64,000 bases of DNA. Source: Enterobacteria phage GiZh. This document shows, piece after piece, positions 9,977-21,149 of this stretch. The translations under genes were made by a program, and so were the position numbers. The DNA lies in the sequence record NC_054903.1, one strand, 5' to 3'. The notes under the pieces were generated by a model that worked only from the letters and a program-made list of their open reading frames with translations, made no database searches and was not told where the DNA came from. Position 1 is the first letter of the stretch, and every line of letters begins with the position of its first letter.

Positions 9977-10437
9977 AGAGAGTCTCTTAGTAGGTTTAAC
10001 ACATCAATAAATTCAGCTTCGGTTAGTATTGTATCATCTTTTGTTAGACCACTAGCCATGCTGTGCTTCAAAACTTTTCCTTTTGAGGCTTGTAAGGCAT
10101 CACGAAACCCCTTGTTTTGAATCGCTGCTTCAAAATATGCATTTGTGTATAATTCTTTCCACGCCGGGGAGTATCTTGAAAACGGAACTCCAATCCAGAA
10201 GAGGGTCCCACGGTCCTGAGCTCTAGCATAAGACCTTCCAGCTTGTTGGGCGGCAAGCCCGGATAACCCAAATATACGACGTTGTTGTTCAACATTTTTC
10301 ACCTTACACCCTTGGAGGAATCCTTCAAGACCTCCAAATTGAATACCATCCATAACGAAAGGCCATTGGGCGAAATTACTTAATGCACATGATGGCCACC
10401 TAAAATTGCTTCTAATCTCTAACTCAGACATTTTCAA
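9973..10437 (-). CDS. NADAR / YbiA-like (DUF1768) protein (154 aa)
   Basis: Signature F..WPSCALSNFAQWPFVMDGIQF..LEGFLQGCK resembles YbiA/NADAR motif FSNFxxWP..DG..F.S.EHYFQAQK as I recall it. Confidence 0.55.
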   Translation of the reverse strand: MKMSELEIRSNFRWPSCALSNFAQWPFVMDGIQFGGLEGFLQGCKVKNVEQQRRIFGLSGLAAQQAGRSYARAQDRGTLFWIGVPFSRYSPAWKELYTNAYFEAAIQNKGFRDALQASKGKVLKHSMASGLTKDDTILTEAEFIDVLNLLRDSL

Positions 10438-10630
10438 TGCTTATAATTTCAACATCAGCCCAATGACCATAGCAAGGAAGACGAAATTCAACTGGCCAGT
10501 TAGGGTCCTTTTCTAATATAATAGACTCAACTCGTGGTTCTTCATGTTCATCAGTATATGGATTTTTATCTGTTACTTTATATGTGACCTTAATGTACTG
10601 AATTCCAAAAATCTTATTAATTATATTCAT
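10424..10630 (-). CDS. Hypothetical protein (68 aa)
   Basis: Small ORF in early operon, overlapping neighbours. Confidence 0.45.
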   Translation of the reverse strand: MNIINKIFGIQYIKVTYKVTDKNPYTDEHEEPRVESIILEKDPNWPVEFRLPCYGHWADVEIISIENV

Positions 10631-10824
10631 ACTAATTCCTTTAATCCGTAGATAGGAGATAATTCATCACCCATACGAAGGTCTTCATTTCCATCTACCC
10701 AGGAAACAATATAAGCCTCTTTTATTTGAATACCACTCCATTTAAATGGAGGTAGAACCTTAGAAATTAATCCAGGTATACCAACTCCCTTTAATTCAAC
10801 AGTTTGACCTAAAAAGAATTTCAT
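10627..10824 (-). CDS. Hypothetical protein (65 aa)
   Basis: Small ORF in early operon, ATGA-type overlaps. Confidence 0.45.
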   Translation of the reverse strand: MKFFLGQTVELKGVGIPGLISKVLPPFKWSGIQIKEAYIVSWVDGNEDLRMGDELSPIYGLKELV

Positions 10825-11111
10825 TAGAACCTCATCTGAAAACCGTGCGATTTAACATTACCGCCGCCAATATCAGAAATGTTAATTTCACGCGCAATTG
10901 AAGGGTCAATGTCAATTTCGCGATTGAGTTTAGTGATAGCTAAAGTATCACGCCCATTTACAGTACGAAACTCTAAAGGACAAACCACATCAACGTAGTT
11001 TTTAATCGATTCGCTAGTAGGTTGCAAATGTGCAGGAAGGTCTTTAGGCGACTTTGAGAAAACTACTTCGCAGAAGTTTTTACGGGTATCAAAATAAGTA
11101 GTCATAAACAT
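10824..11111 (-). CDS. Hypothetical protein (95 aa)
   Basis: ORF preceded by GAGGA RBS and hairpin 11129..11142. Confidence 0.5.
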   Translation of the reverse strand: MFMTTYFDTRKNFCEVVFSKSPKDLPAHLQPTSESIKNYVDVVCPLEFRTVNGRDTLAITKLNREIDIDPSIAREINISDIGGGNVKSHGFQMRF

Positions 11112-11152
11112 AGTATTTTCCTCAGTAAGGGGCCGAAGCCCCTCATTTTATT

Positions 11153-11518
11153 TTAAATATCAAATTCGTTAAGAACTACATCAAAGATTGCTTCAAGATG
11201 CTCAGGTTTAGCTCTGTTACTCAGAATATGGCGAATCCAAGTTTTAACCAGAAGCTTGCGATTAACGCCATTCCAGCAAGGATGAGTCCCTAAATCGCGT
11301 TGACGAAAATCATCATCCAAAGCGATTTTGAAGTTGGAACCTTCCATTGTGATTGAAACCGTGATGCCATTTTCAAATCGCATATAAACGTAGTTAGGAG
11401 TCATATACTGTTCAATTTCGCATACTGATCCATTTTGATGTTTCCAAAGGCAAATAGTATCAATAGAACCTGCAATACCATTAGAAACATATTTACGTTC
11501 AAAGTTGATGTAGTTCAT
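11153..11518 (-). CDS. Hypothetical protein (121 aa)
   Basis: ORF in early-gene orientation; no motif. Confidence 0.5.
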   Translation of the reverse strand: MNYINFERKYVSNGIAGSIDTICLWKHQNGSVCEIEQYMTPNYVYMRFENGITVSITMEGSNFKIALDDDFRQRDLGTHPCWNGVNRKLLVKTWIRHILSNRAKPEHLEAIFDVVLNEFDI

Positions 11519-11586
11519 TTTTATTCTCCGAGATGTTTAATTGCGGTACAGGTATATAATATCATATCCTGTACCAAAGTAAACAA

Positions 11587-11919
11587 TTATTTTACTACTT
11601 TCCAGTGCTGCATGTCAAGTTTACCAACTTTTTTCATCTTCTCAATTAAGCGTTCTGCGCGTTGGCGAGCTGTAACATAATGCCATTCACCTAATTCATT
11701 TTGTTCAATTTTTCCAACGATTACTGTGTTCAATTCATAAATCCAACCAGTAAAGAAATTATGAACTTGAATTGTAAAGGTGAAATCTGTTCCCATACCT
11801 TCTGTTGTTTCTACTTCAATAATATCACCTTCAACTGCCATTAAGAACCACATAGTTTCATCATATTTACCGTTGAAGCATTTAGTTTTAACTGTAGCGT
11901 TCAGATTAATCGTTTTCAT
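11587..11919 (-). CDS. Hypothetical protein (110 aa)
   Basis: ORF with early-type promoter (gtaaac at 11971-11976) upstream. Confidence 0.5.
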   Translation of the reverse strand: MKTINLNATVKTKCFNGKYDETMWFLMAVEGDIIEVETTEGMGTDFTFTIQVHNFFTGWIYELNTVIVGKIEQNELGEWHYVTARQRAERLIEKMKKVGKLDMQHWKVVK

Positions 11920-12006
11920 TTTATTCTCCTTTGTTTGTGTAAGATAATACTATCACAAAGGAACCATACTGTAAACAACTTTGTGCAATCTTTGGAAAAT
12001 AAAAAA

Positions 12007-12024
12007 GGACTCCCGAAGGAGTCC
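12007..12024 (-). terminator. Rho-independent terminator (ggactcc-cgaa-ggagtcc then U-run in minus sense)
   Basis: 7-bp perfect stem, UUCG loop in RNA, preceded on plus strand by A6 (U6 after the hairpin on the minus transcript). Confidence 0.65.
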
Positions 12025-12029
12025 TCAAC

Positions 12030-12206
12030 TTATGCTTTCTGCTTACCAAAACGAGAAGCATCATCTCGAAGAACCGCACGTGCTCGGCGCATGATCTTCT
12101 CAACAGTTTGATTGATACGAGAGTTCGACCCACGCTTGTAACCAGCGCGTTTAGAATCACCAACTTTCTTTTCAACTGCTTTCTTTGCTTTAGCTTGTTT
12201 TGCCAT
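12030..12206 (-). CDS. Small highly basic protein (58 aa from MAKQAKAKK)
   Basis: Lys/Arg-rich ORF; listed 72-aa ORF probably starts at internal Met 12206; followed by terminator. Confidence 0.45.
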   Translation of the reverse strand: MAKQAKAKKAVEKKVGDSKRAGYKRGSNSRINQTVEKIMRRARAVLRDDASRFGKQKA

Positions 12207-12451
12207 TATAAATTCTCTTTTAAATGAAAATGCAGGACTTATTGGCATTGCCTGCGCAAGCCCTCAAGGGGAACATAGGTTTTTGGATATTTAACGACCA
12301 GGATAACCATAAACCCGTCATCATTCACATTCAAGAGGTACACCATAAAACTGCCGGGGTCTTAAAACTATAATGATTCGCAAATCATTAATCAGACAGT
12401 TCGATGGCTCCTCGATTTTAGCTCACACTAAGGCAGTGAATCTCCAATAAA

Positions 12452-12700
12452 TTACTTCAGTGTTACCACAAAGTGACGAACTGCTTTTCGTGCAGCAGAA
12501 GCCAGAGGCTTAGCATACTTAAGTTCATCTTTTTCCTGGAGCTCAGCAGCTAATGCAGTTTGAGCAGGATTTAGATGTTTGAAATAACGCAGGATTTCAA
12601 GAGCTTCGGCCTCAACATCAATAGATGCGCCATAGTTTTCGTGACCATTATTCCATGCGTTTCGTTGCAGTTCAAGAGCGTGTTGTAATTGTTTAATCAT
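12452..12700 (-). CDS. rIII: Probable lysis-inhibition accessory protein RIII (82 aa)
   Basis: 82 aa and location between 30.x ORFs and gene 31 match T4 rIII as recalled; not confirmed by alignment. Confidence 0.5.
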   Translation of the reverse strand: MIKQLQHALELQRNAWNNGHENYGASIDVEAEALEILRYFKHLNPAQTALAAELQEKDELKYAKPLASAARKAVRHFVVTLK

Positions 12701-12847
12701 TTAAAAATTCTCGTTAGAGATTAAAACTCGGTAGTCACGTTCTTCTGAATTTCATCTTCTTTCGACAGATCTCTCAGTTGTAGACTACCACATAGAATTG
12801 TTCGGTTAACTTATTATTCCGACACCCAATTCATATTATTATTTATA

Positions 12848-13183
12848 TCACTTATAAAGACACGGAATAGCTTTATAGTGACAGGTAACAAATTTTTGTT
12901 TAATTTCTTTTGGCTGCTTAAGACCCAGAGCTACAAAAGGATGCGGAACGTTTCGAATTTGACCAACTGGAAGAGAAGTCAAATCACCAACTTCACAGAA
13001 ACCTTCAGGAACATCAGGACCAACAGAGTGAATTACACACAGTTCAGGAACTTCACCTTGAACACGTTTACCGATAATAAGTCCTGATTCTGTAACTTCT
13101 TCATCACCGGCTTGTGCAGGTTCAGAAACTAAAATAACATATTCACCGACAGCACGAATTGGTAGCTGTTGTACTTCAGACAT
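12848..13183 (-). CDS. 31: Capsid assembly co-chaperonin gp31 (GroES analogue)
   Basis: 111 aa, same as T4 gp31; [21 protein letters not shown]... recognisable. Confidence 0.9.
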   Translation of the reverse strand: MSEVQQLPIRAVGEYVILVSEPAQAGDEEVTESGLIIGKRVQGEVPELCVIHSVGPDVPEGFCEVGDLTSLPVGQIRNVPHPFVALGLKQPKEIKQKFVTCHYKAIPCLYK

Positions 13184-13239
13184 CGTTTTTCCTTTTTGTT
13201 AACAGATGAATTAATAATAACAAATAATTCTTAAAGCAT

Positions 13240-13548
13240 TTATTTACCAATAAATTGGAGTAAATGCTCAACTTTCATACCATTAACGGAAATCAATTTG
13301 TCAATAGAAAAACCTCGCCATGCACCAAGCTCAACATCAAATACTGGAATCATGTCAGTAGATTCTTTCCGAGTAGATTCAGTCAATTTACCAGTTTGCA
13401 TGGTTGGCATAAAGTCTGCATCACGAGTACCTTTCATAGTACGAATAGTACCATCAGACTTTTCAAAAACTACGTTTGAAATACCCATGGACAATTTAGT
13501 TTTCAAAATTTCACGAATTGCTACTTTTTGTTCAGTCGTCAATTTCAT
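13240..13548 (-). CDS. Hypothetical protein (102 aa)
   Basis: ORF between cd and 31. Confidence 0.5.
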   Translation of the reverse strand: MKLTTEQKVAIREILKTKLSMGISNVVFEKSDGTIRTMKGTRDADFMPTMQTGKLTESTRKESTDMIPVFDVELGAWRGFSIDKLISVNGMKVEHLLQFIGK

Positions 13549-13785
13549 TTATTTACCTATTACAGTTTTAATATGAGTTGTTCCACGTTCTTTAAGAGTG
13601 GAAAGCAACTTTTGGCATTTTTCTAAATCAGATTTCCAACTATACGGCCTATCAATACAAACCCATTCTGACTTATAATACTGTTTCCATTTAGAGAAAA
13701 AATACTTCTTATACTCTACAGCAAATGAAATGTTCTCGTTAGAATAAGAACTAATTGCTGTGAGCTGTACCAAACGAAATTTCAT
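13549..13785 (-). CDS. Hypothetical protein (78 aa)
   Basis: ORF between cd and 31; start overlaps cd stop. Confidence 0.5.
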   Translation of the reverse strand: MKFRLVQLTAISSYSNENISFAVEYKKYFFSKWKQYYKSEWVCIDRPYSWKSDLEKCQKLLSTLKERGTTHIKTVIGK

Positions 13786-14366
13786 TATTCACCACAGAAT
13801 TCGTTGATGTTTTCCCAGTTTAACTTATTCAAGTTTTTCTTAGGAACATTAAACACTTCAATACCCGCATTTCGCAGAATATCATCCCAGCCAGGTTTAT
13901 TTTTATCGTATGTTTCACAATAAACCAGCTTTTTAATACCAGATTGAGCTATCGCTTTTGCACAATCTGGGCAAGGAGAAAGTGTTACATACATAGTAGC
14001 ACCTTCAATAGAAGAACCATTTCGTGCAGCAAACAAAATTGCATTTAGTTCAGCATGAATTTCATTTTTAGACGACCATTCAGAGTGAGCGCTCCGGTGT
14101 TCTTTTGCCAAGACAAAACGATCAGTTGAACCAAATGATACACATTCGGGCTTATGACCTTGGATGATAGTATGTTTAGGTTTATTCAGCAACCAACCTT
14201 GCTCGGCGGCATAATCACAACAGTTCACACCACCAGCAGGTGAACCATTATATCCGGTAGAAATAATACGTCCATTCTTTTCAATTACTGCTCCTACCTT
14301 CCAGGAGCAACATTTTGATTCTTGTGATACTAAATATGCAATTTGAAGTACTGTACTCGCTTTCAT
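13785..14366 (-). CDS. cd: dCMP deaminase
   Basis: 193 aa as in T4 Cd; zinc-binding deaminase motifs HAELNAI and PCPDCAKAI. Confidence 0.9.
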   Translation of the reverse strand: MKASTVLQIAYLVSQESKCCSWKVGAVIEKNGRIISTGYNGSPAGGVNCCDYAAEQGWLLNKPKHTIIQGHKPECVSFGSTDRFVLAKEHRSAHSEWSSKNEIHAELNAILFAARNGSSIEGATMYVTLSPCPDCAKAIAQSGIKKLVYCETYDKNKPGWDDILRNAGIEVFNVPKKNLNKLNWENINEFCGE

Positions 14367-14701
14367 TTCATAATCACCAGATAAGCAGATTTAGCAGTTT
14401 CAACACGATAAATTTCGTGACGAAGTTTAGTTATACTTTTAATAACAGAACTAATTATATTCTGCCCATCTTTAAAGCGGTTTTTCTTATCAATAAAAAT
14501 TGCGCCAACCATCTTTTTGTGAAGCTCAACTGGATACTTCGTCACAATAATAGCATCATACACAGAAGGATGAATACTATTCACTAGAGTGTCATTCATT
14601 AAAGTTATTCTAATGAACTGTGCTGTGTCAGAGTCAAGCGCTCTATGATCGCCAGTATCATTTTCAAGACAATTATCAATTATATCAGTTAAATTCATCA
14701 T
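14363..14701 (-). CDS. Hypothetical protein (112 aa)
   Basis: ORF in cd-pseT interval. Confidence 0.5.
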   Translation of the reverse strand: MMNLTDIIDNCLENDTGDHRALDSDTAQFIRITLMNDTLVNSIHPSVYDAIIVTKYPVELHKKMVGAIFIDKKNRFKDGQNIISSVIKSITKLRHEIYRVETAKSAYLVIMK

Positions 14702-14934
14702 AGTACGCCATACACCCTTTGTGCTTCAACTAATCCATCAAAATCCAATTTGAGATGTGTTATTTGGTCACCATCACCTGGATTCACAATTACTAATACT
14801 GAACGAGGAGTTTCGGTAATAACACGAACCGATGTTTCTGGAAATCGTTCAGAAACCTTATTTACCAATTCCTGAGCAAATAGTTTAACTTTTTCTTGGA
14901 ATTCTTTAACAGTAATTGGTTTTTCACTTAGCAT
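14698..14934 (-). CDS. Hypothetical protein (78 aa)
   Basis: ORF in cd-pseT interval. Confidence 0.5.
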   Translation of the reverse strand: MLSEKPITVKEFQEKVKLFAQELVNKVSERFPETSVRVITETPRSVLVIVNPGDGDQITHLKLDFDGLVEAQRVYGVL

Positions 14935-14997
14935 TTTGTTTTCCTCATTTGTTTTGGTAGAGCTATAATATCACAACTCTACCAAAAAGTAAAACTA

Positions 14998-15279
14998 TTA
15001 AATTGCCTTGAATTCTGATGTCTGTGATTCAAAGCGAATATCGCCTTTGATGACTAGCTCAGCATCAAGACCAAATACGACAATGATATGCGCGGAACCC
15101 GGATACAGCGTAATTGCAATAGAATCCACCTGGTCTGGAAGCAAAGTGTTCAATACATGAGTCACTTGAGCATGAATTCGAAGCTCGGCTGCGTTATCAA
15201 GCTTTTCAAACATATTATTAGCGATAATTTGACTAAACACTACTTCTACGATTTTAGAATAAGTCGGAAACATATTCAC
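14998..15279 (-). CDS. Hypothetical protein (93 aa)
   Basis: ORF in cd-pseT interval. Confidence 0.5.
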   Translation of the reverse strand: MNMFPTYSKIVEVVFSQIIANNMFEKLDNAAELRIHAQVTHVLNTLLPDQVDSIAITLYPGSAHIIVVFGLDAELVIKGDIRFESQTSEFKAI

Positions 15280-15468
15280 CTCACATAATTTTCTTCAAGC
15301 CAATTAATAACATCCAACGCATTATCAAAAGTTGAACCATCTACTATGTCTTCTGTTTCATAATCAAGAATATCTAAGTCTACTCTTCCATCAACAATAG
15401 GCCATAAACAAAATAGATATTTCTTTTCTTTTTCAATTTTATCACAAAGTCGATAAATCTTTTCTATG

Positions 15469-15476
<8 letters not shown>
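15276..15476 (-). CDS. Hypothetical protein (66 aa)
   Basis: ORF in cd-pseT interval. Confidence 0.45.
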
Positions 15477-16869
<1,393 letters not shown>

Positions 16870-16873
<4 letters not shown>

Positions 16874-17106
16874 TTATTTTTCTCAACCAATGATTGAATA
16901 TAATCATGTAGGTCTTTAGATGCTTTACCCCACTTATTTTGATATTCATTTTTGAGATTAGCACGTGATTGAGCTAATAAAACATCATTAGTTGGAGGTA
17001 AAGATTCTAACCGCTGAATCTGGCGTCCGTAAATCATTGCAGCCATCTCGGATTCATAAATCAATCCTTTGAGATGTTCAAATTGATGCCATGAAATCAT
17101 TTGCAT
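16870..17106 (-). CDS. Hypothetical protein (78 aa)
   Basis: ORF in pseT-alc interval. Confidence 0.5.
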
Positions 17107-17396
17107 TTATCCTCTTTTAACTCTTGACGATAATAACATATCATAGTTTTCTGATCATGTACATATCGTTTTACATCATTAAGCCAAATACGAAATTCCT
17201 GAGAATCTTCAAATGGCATACCGACCCAAGCTTTACCATCAATAACTTTAACTTGCCAAGATAGTTTAGCTTCGTCATATGACTTTATTTGCACAGGCCA
17301 ATTAGGATGAACTGTTTCTTTCTTTACTTCTAGAGGCTTTGTCGAACAACCAACTAGAAGACCAATAGATAATATTACTGCTGATAGTTTAATCAT
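17097..17396 (-). CDS. Predicted lipoprotein (99 aa)
   Basis: N-terminal signal peptide MIKLSAVILSIGLLVGC with lipobox L-V-G-C. Confidence 0.55.
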   Translation of the reverse strand: MIKLSAVILSIGLLVGCSTKPLEVKKETVHPNWPVQIKSYDEAKLSWQVKVIDGKAWVGMPFEDSQEFRIWLNDVKRYVHDQKTMICYYRQELKEDKCK

Positions 17397-17746
17397 TTAG
17401 AAAGGTCCTGGATGTCTTCTGCGAACTTGTTGAAGGAGTTGTTAATTTGTTTTTCAACCAATCCTGGCTTACGAGCCACCACATCCGCCTTCTTTGCATC
17501 TTTGCGCAGTTTTTCATTTTCACGCTCAATAGCAGCGATTGCCTCACGATTTTTAGTATTCATCGCATCAATATAATTATACTGAATTCGCAAATTATTT
17601 AATGCTAAAGCGTTTTCATTGGCTGTTTTTGTAATTTCAGTAACTGATGTTTCTAATCTTTCTACCTTATTTTTTAAAATAATAGATGTTCCGCCCAATG
17701 CTATTACAATTAATAGCAAACCTGCTGTCGTATTACTTAATTGCAT
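17393..17746 (-). CDS. Predicted membrane-anchored coiled-coil protein (117 aa)
   Basis: N-terminal hydrophobic helix (AGLLLIVIALGGTSIIL) followed by charged helical region. Confidence 0.5.
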   Translation of the reverse strand: MQLSNTTAGLLLIVIALGGTSIILKNKVERLETSVTEITKTANENALALNNLRIQYNYIDAMNTKNREAIAAIERENEKLRKDAKKADVVARKPGLVEKQINNSFNKFAEDIQDLSK

Positions 17747-18243
17747 AAAGTTTTAATAACCTCTATAATATCGTCTTGAGAAAGACCGTTAATTAAAATA
17801 TGATGTTCAGCTGGAGATTTAGAAATTTTAAAGCATGCCTCAACATCTTCTGCCATATCCGATGCACTACGATTTGGATTACTAATTCCAAGACGATGCT
17901 TTCCAGTCAAAGGATTAACGATGATATAGCATTTGCAGCTATTGATATGAACATTGGGCTGAGTCTGATTAATGAACACTTCGCAATCATACTTAGCGAG
18001 TTGATTTTCTAAAAAGACTTTCATCTCTTCAACCGCATCAGGAAGCATATCACGGGCTTGCTCAAGACGACGATTTCGATATTCTTTAATGGTCGTTTTC
18101 CGCTTGACTTGCTTAGCTAAATCTTTCTTAAGATCGGTGATATATCCAACTCGACGATTTCCTTTGAATACAGAAATCCCATCTGTAGTATCACCGTATG
18201 CTTCAACGACCATTTCAGTAGTAATAAGCTGCAAATCCATCAT
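17737..18243 (-). CDS. alc: Alc (inhibitor of host transcription on cytosine DNA)
   Basis: 167-168 aa as in T4 Alc; position between pseT cluster and rnlA. Confidence 0.8.
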   Translation of the reverse strand: MMDLQLITTEMVVEAYGDTTDGISVFKGNRRVGYITDLKKDLAKQVKRKTTIKEYRNRRLEQARDMLPDAVEEMKVFLENQLAKYDCEVFINQTQPNVHINSCKCYIIVNPLTGKHRLGISNPNRSASDMAEDVEACFKISKSPAEHHILINGLSQDDIIEVIKTLCN

Positions 18244-18263
18244 AAAGTCCTCATGTTATGTCA

Positions 18264-18302
18264 GTAAGACTACTATAACACAACACGAGGGACTTGTAAA
18301 CA
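18264..18302 (-). promoter_or_regulatory. T4 early-type promoter and leader upstream of alc
   Basis: gtaaac at 18296-18301 (rc TTTAC on minus), -10 TATAGT-like; 54-bp cassette nearly identical to 2966..3019. Confidence 0.5.
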
Positions 18303-18304
18303 GC

Positions 18305-19892
<1,588 letters not shown>

Positions 19893-19919
19893 AATAAAAT
19901 GGGCCTTGCGGCCCACTCC

Positions 19920-21098
19920 TTAAAAGTATTTTTTAAAACTCATCATAACTTTATCATCAACATCATTATCAATCTGTGCAACAAGGTAAGATGACAGTTC
20001 TACTTCTTGTGGCGCGGATTGAACATTATCAGAATTAAGATATTCACGAATCCAAGGATATGGATGTTTAACCGGAGCATCGGTAATTGGGCATGGAAGA
20101 CCGCACTGTTTCATACGAGATACAGTTAAGTAATCAATAAAGCTCCACATGCTATTTGTATTTAATCCAGGAACATCACCATCTTTAAATAAATGAACTG
20201 CCCAGTCTTTTTCCTGGCGGTTAACTTCCATGAAAATATCAACTGCTTCTTGTTCACACTCTTTAGCAATTTTAACCCATTCATCGCCGTCTGTTCCAAG
20301 CTGAAGCTGACGAATAATATATTGGGTGCCTTTAAGGTGAAGCTGTTCATCGCGTGCAATGAACTTCATAATCTTGGCATTACCTTCCATGATTTCCATG
20401 TTCTTATGGAAGTTAAATGTACATGCGAAAGATACATAAAAACGAATAGCTTCCAATGCATTGATTACATGCAAACAGAGGTAAAGAGATTTCATTAGCT
20501 CACGCTTCCAATATGTCTCATGCTCAATAGCATCTTCAATAACGTCTTCGTCTGCATTAATTTCTTTTTGGTATTCGATATCAGCTTTAGCGTTTTCCAA
20601 ATAACGAGTTTTAATCAGAACATCATCATAATAACGTCCAATGGATTCAGCACGTTTCATAATAGCTTCATCTAATACAATTTCATCAAATACCTTCGAT
20701 GGATCAGTATAAAGATTTCGCATGATATGAGTATATGAACGACTGTGAATGGTTTCACTAAAAGTCCATGTAGCAACCCATGTATCAAGGCTTGGGTCTG
20801 AAATCAATGACATAAGTACAGCAGACGGTGCACGACCCTGAATGCTATCTAGAAGTGATTGATACTTCAGATTATTAGTAAAAATATTCTGCTGATATTG
20901 AGGAAGCTTATTAAACTGTGCAGCATCCATCATTAAGTTTACTTCTTCAGGACGCCAGAAAAATGACAACTGCTTTTCGGTTAAATCTTCAAAAACTTTA
21001 TGACGTTGAATATCATAACGCGCAATACCAAGACCTGAACCAAAAAACATAGGTTCTTTTAAAACATCAACTGGATTTGTATTAAAAACTGTGCTCAT
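19920..21098 (-). CDS. nrdB: Ribonucleotide reductase small subunit (class Ia), uninterrupted
   Basis: 392 aa contiguous ORF of the expected size; no intron-sized interruption. Confidence 0.9.
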   Translation of the reverse strand: MSTVFNTNPVDVLKEPMFFGSGLGIARYDIQRHKVFEDLTEKQLSFFWRPEEVNLMMDAAQFNKLPQYQQNIFTNNLKYQSLLDSIQGRAPSAVLMSLISDPSLDTWVATWTFSETIHSRSYTHIMRNLYTDPSKVFDEIVLDEAIMKRAESIGRYYDDVLIKTRYLENAKADIEYQKEINADEDVIEDAIEHETYWKRELMKSLYLCLHVINALEAIRFYVSFACTFNFHKNMEIMEGNAKIMKFIARDEQLHLKGTQYIIRQLQLGTDGDEWVKIAKECEQEAVDIFMEVNRQEKDWAVHLFKDGDVPGLNTNSMWSFIDYLTVSRMKQCGLPCPITDAPVKHPYPWIREYLNSDNVQSAPQEVELSSYLVAQIDNDVDDKVMMSFKKYF

Positions 21099-21149
21099 AA
21101 ATTTTCCGCTTAGTTAATAGTTGGTGACTCGTCCGTGAGTCAAATTATA

